DNA of 62,805 nt, the filler included, from Craspedostauros australis (Eukaryota), in the NCBI GenBank assembly GCA_030167865.1. It is 7 parts of 7 records of this genome, joined end to end, with 100 filler letters (N's around TTAATTAATTAA, not from the genome) between each part and the next. Parts side by side here need not be neighbours in the genome. Positions count along the whole stretch, not along the records: positions 20,091 to 51,126 come from JALAGF010004143.1; 6 more parts are not named here. One strand, given 5' to 3'. The translations under genes were made by a program, and so were the position numbers. The notes under the pieces were generated by a model. That model was not told the DNA's origin and made no database searches. It saw only the letters and a list, made by a program, of their open reading frames with translations. Below, one piece after another: positions 32,580 through 42,176 of this stretch (its first letter is position 1; each line of letters begins with the position of its first letter).

Positions 32580-35500
32580 ATGAAGACTGCGACGCACCAC
32601 AACAGCAGCGCGGCGCTCGCCATCACTGCTATCGCCGCTGTCATCGGCATCACATTCCTCCCGACAGCCCATGGCCATGGCCTCATGTACGAACCAGCCA
32701 CGCGCAATTACATCGCCAAGCTCGAAGGCAAGGAAGGTTCCCACGAGGGCGTCCCGCGCCCCGAGTACTGCGCACACTGCCTGCGAGACAATCGAGGATT
32801 CTGCGGATACGGCGAGAGTGGCATCAACTACGATGATTGGCCCGACTCAACGGGCAAGTCCATGCCATGGAAGTCCAGTGGCACCTACGAACAGGGCGGT
32901 ATTATTCAGATCCAGACCAACCTGTGGGCACATCACGGTGGTCACATGGAGCTCAAGGCGTGCGCGATGGGCAAAGATTCGACGCAAGAATGCATGGACA
33001 GTAACAAACTCACGTTCGTCTCGGATGAGCTGTACGGCATGCCAGCAGGTACGAATGGGTCGCAACGTTGAATAGTATTGCACAAGTGCGCAATGCGAGT
33101 GGTGTGTGTATACCATGCAACGCAAATGATGAATCCAATTGTTGAACCCAATTGATGAATCTAACACATCTCCATGCCCGTATGCTCCTTTTGTCTCGCC
33201 ACGTATGCCCATTGCTCATGAAATATCTACAACTGATTTGGGTTTGATGCAGATCCCAAGTACCCAGAACGCGGCTACTACTACGGCGGCGCTGGATGGA
33301 ACGGCTTTGACTTCGTCATGCAGTTCAAGCTCCCTGACGACTTGGTGGGCGACAAGGTCCTCCTGCAATGGCGATACATCACTGCCAACAGCTGCTCGCC
33401 ACCCGGGTACTCTGACTACTTCAGTAGCAACAATGATCTTCCAGACTACTTCTGGGGACCCACCCTTCTAAACTGTCCGATTCCAATCCCTTTGGACGGC
33501 GACACCACCAAGGGTCCGGAGGTGAGTGAATTCAGGCTCTACTGCCCACTCTGTTGCCCACTCTGCTGCTGCTACTACTACTGAGTGTGTTGTACATCGG
33601 CTCTGTCCATGTTCATGTCCATCTCCATGTGTATGTACATGTGCGCAGTTGTGCACAATGGATGGGCATGGTGGATATCATACACATCAACACCCTTCAG
33701 TCCGCACCCACCGCTCACCATTGCGCATCTCTTCCTGTCCGTTTCGCCCTTCGGTTTTCTTTCTCATCCCCTTGACTTTTCCTTCCCTCCCTCCCTTCCG
33801 TACTTCTCGCCATCGCAATCGCCGTATCCATCGATCCTTCCATCCATCCCTGTCCAATCCATCCATGCGCAACAACACCAACAGCAATTCTTCAACTGCG
33901 CCGAGATCACCATCACATCCAACGGAGACACCGATGAATCAGAAGAATTCGAATCCGGGGATGCACCATCCGACCCACCGACGAACGCGGACACCGCCAC
34001 GCCGACTGACGCACCCATCAGCCCACCAACGGGTGACGACGGGTCGGACCCGACAAAGGAAAGGCCCAAGCTCGTGGCCTACATGGGCAACTGGCACACG
34101 TGTCCCACCTACGATCAGTACAAGCACTACACCCACGTCATGATCGCCTTCGCAGTCAGTTACACCTGGTCTCCGTACAAGAACATTTGCTCTCAGACCT
34201 GCCAGATATCGAGGCCACCCGTGTGCAACGGCAACTCCAACATGATCAACGACCTGCACGCTGCGGGAGTCAAGGTCCTTCTCAGTTTCGGCGGCGCCGG
34301 CATGGGAGGATCCTGGGCCGGCGACATGAACGATTGCTGGGACTATTGCTTCGGACGTGAAGACCAGGTCATCGACCAACTCGTCACACATGTCAACGAC
34401 ATGAATCTGGACGGTATCGACATCGATTACGAATACTTCTACGAAGATGGGCAGAAAGGATCGTCCTTCTCGAAGGGCACGGAAGCGCAGTTCTTCCTGA
34501 AGGAAGTCACGCACGGTCTGCGACAGAAGCTGCCGCAGGACGCCATCATCACGCACACCCCGATGGACATCGACCTCCTGCCAACATCCGCCTACTTCAA
34601 GGCCATGCAGGAAGTGCGCGAAGACCTCTCCTTCATCATGCCGCAGTACTACAACGGTATCACAAGACCCTCCCAGACCGGGCTGACCGGATCGTACGGC
34701 AACAGCCCATCTCCGTTGACTCACATGCGCGACATCGCCCACGCCATGTTCGACGACGATGTCAGCAAGGTGATCTTCGGATTTTGCATTGCCGATTGCG
34801 GGTACACCGGATCCAACACTGGTGGACAGGACGCTTCCAGGATAATGAAAGAAGTCGCTGAACACAATGGTGGAAAGACCGGCGGTGCATTCTTCTGGGT
34901 CTCGATCGATGATGTCGCCGGTGCCTGGTCCGGCGAAGTCAAGGCGACGTTGGATGCCATTGCGGATTCCGGAGTTGTCACGACCAATCCACCAGCCGAC
35001 AAGGTGACTGAGGGACCAACCGCAGAACCAACTCCAACACCAACAAATGAACCGACAAATGAACCGACAAATTCACCGACAGATGAACCGACAAATTCAC
35101 CGACAGATGAACCGACATATTCACCGACAGATGAACCGACAGATGAACCGACGGAGTCGTCGGAATCGTCGGGTGAGGAACCAACGTCCGGCCCAACATC
35201 CCCACCAACAGACGCTGCAATCACCTCGCCGACAACCAATCCAACAAACAACCCAACAACAAATCCAACGGCGAACCCGACGAGCAACCCGACGGCTAAT
35301 CCAACGGATCAACCCACAGATGGTAACCCGGGCAGCGAGCTATGCAACGGTTGCGTCGGCAGCTCATCCGGCTACTGCAAGTCTGACCCCGGCGTCTGCT
35401 ACCCATATGCCTACGCATCCACCAAGACATGTTATCCTGGAACGTTCCGATGCGCAGGCAATGCAGCAACTACGGATCCCCCCACCCAACCGCCCACCCA

Positions 35501-35963
35501 ACCACCAACCAACTTGCGGACGGCTTCACCCACAATTACTCCCACCCAACCGCCCACACAGCCACCAACCAACTTGCGGACGGCTTCACCCACAATCACT
35601 CCCACGCAACCACCGACTGTTGCTCCCACACAGCCGCCCACAATCACTCCCACCCAACCACCAACTGTTACTCCCACCCAACCACCAACTCTGGCTCCCA
35701 CACGGTCGCCCACGCAAGGAGCCTGTGGCTTCGCCTGGGACACCTGCCATTCTCTGCACACGGGCGTCAGCTACAACAGCTGCTGTCCCGGATACGTGTG
35801 CACGCCCCATGACAAGTACACGTCGTACTGCCAGATCGATGACGGCTATCCTCACAATAACTGCCTGCTGTGGGGCGGGTATTGCTTGAACACGGAGAAC
35901 GATTGCTGCGTCGGATTGAAATGCGAAGGATCCGAGCATTACAAGCAATGCGTTTCCGTATGA
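32580..35963 (+). CDS. Secreted LPMO (AA15-like) - GH18 chitinase - PT linker - Cys-rich (CBM1-like) module fusion; exons 32580-33048, 33253-33521 and 33885-35963 (938 aa)
   Basis: Signal peptide ending TAHG followed by His1 (HGLMYEPATRN). LPMO motifs WAHHGGH, LLQWRYITANSC and PE|QFFNCAEI. GH18 motifs KVLLSFGG, DGIDIDYE and GAFFW. The GT-AG introns preserve frame. Confidence 0.88.
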
Positions 35964-36143
35964 AGCGCGTGCGTTCCGAGAGAGTGTTTCTTCATGGATC
36001 GTGAAGACTTCCGACCAGGACCCTACTCCTGCTATTCCACACAGTAGACGAAATGCAGAAGAGTAATATAAATAGCACATATAATAGATATACTCGAACA
36101 ACAGTTAATGTCACTATTGACGATATCATTATGCGACAGGACG

Positions 36144-37355
36144 CTATCTTGGCCGTGCAACGAGAAGTCCAACGACAAAGCACGACGTTGCGACCGTTGC
36201 TCCAAGCACGGCCGACGGAACGTCAATGCGCGCGATGTATTGCAGGGCCTGCGCCCGCAGTTTGTCCAAGCGATCCTCGTTGGATGCTGATTGATGTTCT
36301 TGCTGAGGTGGATCTTGTGCTGTGTTGTCATCTGCAGCTGATTCGGAAACTGGCATGGATGGCGCAGCATCATCCTTGTTCGGATGTCCATCAGTAGCAT
36401 CGTCATCGTTATCATCATGATTGTCATGTTGCTGTTCCTGCACAACCGCAACCTGCGATTCCCCAACACCACCCAATTTCGCATCCAACATGTTCTGTAG
36501 GACAAGAAGCTTATTGGTCTCGCGCTGCCAATGAAAGTACTGCGACGCCAGGAAGATGAGGGTATTCAATCCAATCAGCGACCACGTGCCGTAGGTGCCG
36601 ACGATCCGCCACTTCTCCTGCCAGATCTGCTCTTCATGATACCGCTTGCGCATGGCGTCGATATAATCATGCTGCAGCTGCGTGCATTGCGATTCCCGCG
36701 CTTGCAGCATGCGGGCGGCCTCATCGAGCGCATCGCGCACGGCCACTTCCCGTTGCAGCAAGGTGGCGTAATGCTGGGCATCATCCGCGGTCCATTCATG
36801 CCGTCGTCTGGACAAGGCGGCGTGCTGGCGTTGCACGTCCTGCTGCTGCAGCTGATGGTGGGCATGATCACGACGCGCCGTCAAGACGTCCTCCTGTGCT
36901 TTGTCGAAGGCGCGCGAGGCGTTGGAGACGAGCTGTTTGAGGGTGTAGATCTCGTTGGTGCCGGACGATTCGTTCCAGAAGTCGAGGATGGTGTTCCAGG
37001 CGGAGGATGTCGTTGGGCTGCGGTCGATGGTGCTATTTGCTGTGGTTGTAGGTTGGGCGCTCTCACGCGCAGAGTCATGCTTGCCTGCGCCATTGCTTGT
37101 CAACTCTCGCCGCTGCTGCAGATGCAACTGCATCCATGGTGGCTGTGACTGCGTGAAGAGCGACCTTGCAGGGATCCACCGGATCTGCCGAAACAAGGGA
37201 CGTCCAGAACGCATGGTGCTGGTCGATGCGCTCTTGGCGAGAGTAAGGTATGCGCACCTTCCACACCAAGCGTGCAGTACCTTGGTTGTGTCCGGCATGC
37301 CTTGAGTTGTGTTGTTTGTTGTTGGCTTTTGTTGTTTGTTGTCGTTGGGTTCCAA
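36144..37355 (-). CDS. SHE9: She9/Mdm33-family mitochondrial inner-membrane protein
   Basis: Coiled coil with RRHEWTADDAQHYATL, motif RYHEEQIWQEKWR..GTYGTWSLIGLN, C-terminal TM segment and Arg/Ser-rich presequence-like region. Start codon uncertain. Confidence 0.82.
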   Translation of the reverse strand: MEPNDNKQQKPTTNNTTQGMPDTTKVLHAWCGRCAYLTLAKSASTSTMRSGRPLFRQIRWIPARSLFTQSQPPWMQLHLQQRRELTSNGAGKHDSARESAQPTTTANSTIDRSPTTSSAWNTILDFWNESSGTNEIYTLKQLVSNASRAFDKAQEDVLTARRDHAHHQLQQQDVQRQHAALSRRRHEWTADDAQHYATLLQREVAVRDALDEAARMLQARESQCTQLQHDYIDAMRKRYHEEQIWQEKWRIVGTYGTWSLIGLNTLIFLASQYFHWQRETNKLLVLQNMLDAKLGGVGESQVAVVQEQQHDNHDDNDDDATDGHPNKDDAAPSMPVSESAADDNTAQDPPQQEHQSASNEDRLDKLRAQALQYIARIDVPSAVLGATVATSCFVVGLLVARPR

Positions 37356-37886
37356 TGGGACATGATGAATGGCGCGAAAATGGAAAGTTCTCTTCTGTTA
37401 CCCATAGACTTCGTTAGGCGTATTCTGACGTCAAATACGATCCTACTCAACACGGAATGAACGGTTTCAATAGAAACAGTGCTTTATTTTCTCGCAACTC
37501 CATGAATTTCGCCAAACCCAAGTGTTCGCACACAGTCCACGGTTTCGCGCCAGGTTGAGGATGACCGCAGTCTTACGATCACGATGACCTGGTTCCATTC
37601 GCGTGTTGCTGTGTGCGAAACAACGATTGTTCACCAGACCCGTCGCACTACAGAGACATTTCCACCAACATCAAAGAAGGAGCAAGACACGAGGCACATC
37701 TATTCTGCATCACCAAAGACGCAAAGGTGCGCATCCAAAGGCCCGTCTCTTCCGATGCCATTGCAACTCACCAAGACACTCGCAACTCACCAAGACGCTT
37801 CCACCTCACCAACATCCTCATAATCCTCATAATCCATTGCACACAACTCATTGCACACAACTCATTGCACACATGCAACAACAACA

Positions 37887-40800
37887 ATGAGCAGCTCCAG
37901 CGACGACAGCTCCGACGACGGCGTGAAGGTCGTCTACTACGAGAGCGTGGAACAGATGGACGCCGCGCGACGACAGCGTGAGACGGACGCCGTCAATGCC
38001 CGCATCCGCAAGAAGCAGGCCGAGAAGGACAAGATGGCGGCCGCCAAGCTGCGCATCGAACAGAAGCGCAAGGAGATAGAACAGCGCATGGCGGCCAAGC
38101 AGGCTCAGGCCGACGCCGACGCCAAGGCCAAGGCCGATGCGGAACGTGCCGCGCGCGATGCCGAAGCCGCGCAGCATCAGTCGCAGCAGGATCGCGTGGA
38201 GCAGGAGCGGCTGCAGAATGAGCGCAGGCTGGAGGAGGAGCAGCGGCTGCAGCGCGAGCTGGTTGACAAGGAGCGCAAGCTCAAGGAGGCGGCGCTGTGG
38301 AAGGCCAAGCTTCAGCATCAGTCGAAGCAGGATCAGGATCAGGCCAGCGCGCAGGCCAGGATCGAGCAGCGCATGGCGGAGCTCAAGAAGGACCAGAAGC
38401 GCAAGAAGAAGCTGCAGGAGCAGGAGGAGTCGCAGCGCCAGCAGCTGGATCGACAGGAGAAGGAGGAGGCCGAACGGCGGGCCGAGGAGCAGCGCAAGGC
38501 CGACGAGGCGGCAGAGAAGGAGCGGCTCAAGGCGCTCGAGGATGCAGAGGACGACGAGCGCAAGCAGATGGAGCGCGAGGCCAATCTGGCCATGGCCTCC
38601 AAGATCAAGAGGGATCTCATGCGCCAGGCCGAGCTCGATGCCAAGAAGAAGGAGGCGGATGATCGCATCAAGCAGCGCAAGCTCGAGCTCCAGAAGCGAC
38701 AGGAGCACCACCAGGCAGAGCTCGAGGAGGAGCACAGGCAGAAGCAGCTGGCGGCGCAGCAGGAGCTGGACAAGAAGCAGCAGGAGGAGAACCTCGCCAA
38801 GCAGCAGGAGATGGACAAGCAGACGAGGTTGGAAATGCAGAAGAAGGAGTACGAGGACGAGATGAAGCGCCAGCAGCAGGAGGAGGAGGCGCAGGCCAAC
38901 CGGGCCCTGCTGGAGCGCCTGCGTCGCCAGGAGAAGGAGCGTCAGGATATCCACAATGCCAAGCAGAGGGCCGTGCTGCGCGGCAAGGAGACGGCCAAGC
39001 GCATCAAGAAGGAGGCCAAGCAGAAGGCCGCGGAGGACAGGCGCATCCAGGACGAGGAGGCCGCCGAGATCAAGCGCCTGCAGGATGAGAAGGAGGCCGA
39101 AGACCGCCGTCGCAAGGAGGACCGCGAGCGTGAGGTGCGCGAGGACAAGCAGCGACGCAAGGACCACGAGGACGCCCTGCAGAAGGAGTACGAGCGACAG
39201 CAGCTCGAGGCCATCCAGCACAAGCTGCAGGAGGATGCGCGCATCGCGAAGGAGCTCGAGGACGCGCGCAACAACGCCAAGCAGAAGCGCGAGGAGCTGC
39301 ACCTCAAGGCGGAGCAACGTCAGAAGGAGCTAGAGGCCAAGCTGCAGCGCGATGCCGAAGCGCGTCTCGCCAAGCAGCGCAAGAAGGACGAGGAGAAGGA
39401 GCGACGCCGCGCCGAGAAGCAGGCCAAGCGCAATCGCATCAAGGAGGAGCAGAAGCGCCAGCTCGAGGCGGAGCAGAAGCAGGCAGAGCAGGAAGAGATG
39501 AAGGAGTACCTCGAGCAGCTGCAGAAGCAGCAACAGGAGGACAAGGCCGTCATGGACGCCAAGAAATCGGCCCTCAAGAAGGCCAAGGCACTCAAGAAGA
39601 AGGCCATGGAGCGCCAGAAGTCCATGGAGGAGGTCATCGCGGCGGAGCTGCAGGCCGATCGCGACCGGGCGCAGCAGGAGGCCGAGCAGGAGGCGCAACG
39701 GCGGGCCGAGCACGTCGCCAAGGAGCAGGAGCAGCTGCACCAGATCCTGCAGCAGAAGGAGGACAACGAGAAGAGCGCCGAGGAGGCCGTCGAACGACGC
39801 AAGATCGCCATGCTCATGGCGGCCGCCAACAAGGAGAAGAAGAAGGCCATGAAGATGGAGAAGGCCAGGGACCAGGCCATGCTGGTCGCCGAGAAGCGCA
39901 CCAGGGAGCTCGAAGAGCAGGCCAGGGAACAGGAGTACGAGCAGAAGAAGCTCGCCGAGGAGAAGCGCAAGAAGCGCGAGAAGAAGCAGGCCAAGCTGGC
40001 CAAGGAGGCCGCCGAGGAGGAGGAACGCCAGGTGCAGATGGAGCTCGAATTGCAGAAGATCGAATTCCAGGTGCAGCAGGCCAAGAAGAAGGCGTCGCAG
40101 AAGGATTACAAGGCCATCCGCCAGCACCGCGACGACTTCGCCTACGACGACCCGCGCGAAAACGCCGACGACATCGCCAAGGAGCTGGGCAAGGCCGCCA
40201 CGTTCCAGGTCCACGTCGACAATGACATTGACAACATCATCGACAGCTGGGACACGCACGCCGACGTCAGCGAGAGCAACGCCGAGGACGGCGTCGGGAA
40301 CAACGAGGTCGAGGCGCAGGAGCGCAAATTGCTGGAGATCCAGCAGTCGCTGAAGGACGCCATGAACATGTCCAGCAAGAAGAATACGCAGAAGATGAAG
40401 GCCTACCTGGAGGAAAGCGCCAAGACCGCCTTCGACGACGACGAGGGCGTCGGCACGGCCGCCAACGATATTGTGAAGCAGCTGACGCGCGCGGCGTCGA
40501 TCGAAACGCACGATCTGCCGGCCTGGGCCGATCCCACCGAGACCAACGACGGCACGTACGCCGGCGATGAGGATGAGGATGTCGCCGACGAGATCGCCGA
40601 TCAGCAGCAGCGGTTGCTCGAGATCGAGAATTCCCTCAAGACGGCCATGAAGACCAACAAGGCCAAGCAGAAGCGATTGTCCAAGCTGGACAGCGAGGTC
40701 GAGGTGGAGGAAGTGGAGGCCGACGATGTGATGCGATCTTTGGAGCGCGCCTCGTTGTTCGCGCCGGTTGAGTCGGTGCCCGAGGCAAAGCCCAAGAAAG

Positions 40801-40910
40801 AGAAGAAGAAAAAGAAGGACTCGAAGAAAGACTCGAAGAAGGACTCGAAGAAGGACTCGAAGAAGAAGAAATCAAAGAAGAAAAAGGGAAGTGAGGATAT
40901 CGTGGTCTAG
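37887..40910 (+). CDS. Highly charged E/K/Q/R alpha-helical (coiled-coil/SAH-like) protein, ~1007 aa
   Basis: Long GC3-rich ORF starting MSSSSDD. About 700 aa of E/K/R/Q helix, an acidic repeat region and a KKDS-repeat tail. Confidence 0.85.
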   Translation: MSSSSDDSSDDGVKVVYYESVEQMDAARRQRETDAVNARIRKKQAEKDKMAAAKLRIEQKRKEIEQRMAAKQAQADADAKAKADAERAARDAEAAQHQSQQDRVEQERLQNERRLEEEQRLQRELVDKERKLKEAALWKAKLQHQSKQDQDQASAQARIEQRMAELKKDQKRKKKLQEQEESQRQQLDRQEKEEAERRAEEQRKADEAAEKERLKALEDAEDDERKQMEREANLAMASKIKRDLMRQAELDAKKKEADDRIKQRKLELQKRQEHHQAELEEEHRQKQLAAQQELDKKQQEENLAKQQEMDKQTRLEMQKKEYEDEMKRQQQEEEAQANRALLERLRRQEKERQDIHNAKQRAVLRGKETAKRIKKEAKQKAAEDRRIQDEEAAEIKRLQDEKEAEDRRRKEDREREVREDKQRRKDHEDALQKEYERQQLEAIQHKLQEDARIAKELEDARNNAKQKREELHLKAEQRQKELEAKLQRDAEARLAKQRKKDEEKERRRAEKQAKRNRIKEEQKRQLEAEQKQAEQEEMKEYLEQLQKQQQEDKAVMDAKKSALKKAKALKKKAMERQKSMEEVIAAELQADRDRAQQEAEQEAQRRAEHVAKEQEQLHQILQQKEDNEKSAEEAVERRKIAMLMAAANKEKKKAMKMEKARDQAMLVAEKRTRELEEQAREQEYEQKKLAEEKRKKREKKQAKLAKEAAEEEERQVQMELELQKIEFQVQQAKKKASQKDYKAIRQHRDDFAYDDPRENADDIAKELGKAATFQVHVDNDIDNIIDSWDTHADVSESNAEDGVGNNEVEAQERKLLEIQQSLKDAMNMSSKKNTQKMKAYLEESAKTAFDDDEGVGTAANDIVKQLTRAASIETHDLPAWADPTETNDGTYAGDEDEDVADEIADQQQRLLEIENSLKTAMKTNKAKQKRLSKLDSEVEVEEVEADDVMRSLERASLFAPVESVPEAKPKKEKKKKKDSKKDSKKDSKKDSKKKKSKKKKGSEDIVV

Positions 40911-42176
40911 AGAGAGAGCGAGAGGGCATGCTGCGATACGATCCAGAGATTACGGCAGGATAGAGCAGAGCAAACGGGAAATGCTCGACTATTTGTGCAC
41001 GGTTCAGCTCTGTTAATGATAACGGCGACGACGACGTTACACATGCACACCAGCTGGATTCGTGCACGGAGTTTTGGAATACTATTATTGTAGATCTTCG
41101 ACGAATACTATTCTAATACTATCGTGTCTTGCTCCATGAATGCTATTGCATGCGGAAAGAGCGACGACGATCTCGCAACACTGTGCTACAATCTCAACTC
41201 GAATAGAGCGGAGTGCTCCGCTCTGCTCCGCCCCAATGACGACGACGAGCTGCCGTCATGCGCTTGGCTGCTCTTGGAATCGAAAGACCCTCTCTGGAGA
41301 TCGTCATCCACCCGGATCTAGATCCGAGGTCATCGATGATACGACACATACTCGTAGGTAGGCTGCTGGATACTTGTGTGCTTTGCATTTTGTGTGGCTG
41401 TGTCTCCTTGTGCATGTTACTACCTGTCCTGTCCGGAAGGAGGATCCTGTACCGATCCCGAATTTGGTGCGAAAACGCTTGAACAGAGAAGCAGTACTAC
41501 TCTTGGGTAGTGGTACTACGCGTGCCCAAACGGCGCACAAGTTCTATCATGACAAGCATTCAAAGAGGCGTTTTGTTCGAAGGGATTTTGTGAGTCATCC
41601 ACAGTGGGGACATCACGAACAACACGATCCCGATGGGACGTCCCAACGATGTTACCTTGACATTGCAGTTATTAAGTGTGGGTTCCTGAATAGTATAAAT
41701 AGCAGACAGACAGAATACGCCCAAGAGGAATGTCGCAAACAGCAAACATTTTATGTGCCCGCGCATGACACCGACAGCGACTTGCGCGCCATTGTCAGCA
41801 ACAGCACCAGCAACAACACGAACAGAAACGACAAACAGCAGCAACCACCAAGAAAACGAAAACGAAAACGAAAGAGAGGCAACAAGAGAGACAGAGACGA
41901 CACATTGGCGGTGCCATTCATCTCGCCAAGCCCACTTCTTGAACTGCCCCGAAGCTACATCGGTGGGACACATCGTTGCTGTCGATGCCATTAGAGAGCA
42001 TCGGCAACAGGAACGAGCAACATCAGAAAGACAGCGGCAACCAAGCAGAAGCAGACACAAACAGGCAGAGGGTGGTTCCTGATCTCGACTTCACAAGTAG
42101 AACGAGCTCTCTACTCGTGTTTGTGCGTGCGACATACGTTACGTGAACAATAGCAACCAGCGTTATACCCACAACG

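Noticed and set aside
33585..33884. N-terminal 100 aa of the 792-aa ORF
   Set aside because: Lies in pyrimidine-rich intron 2 of the LPMO-GH18 gene.
37848..40511. Leu-rich 489-aa and 393-aa minus-strand ORFs
   Set aside because: Antisense shadows of the E/K/Q-rich gene.
40810..40890. KDSK repeats as silaffin-type KxxK motifs
   Set aside because: The protein has no signal peptide, so a silica-deposition role is unsupported.
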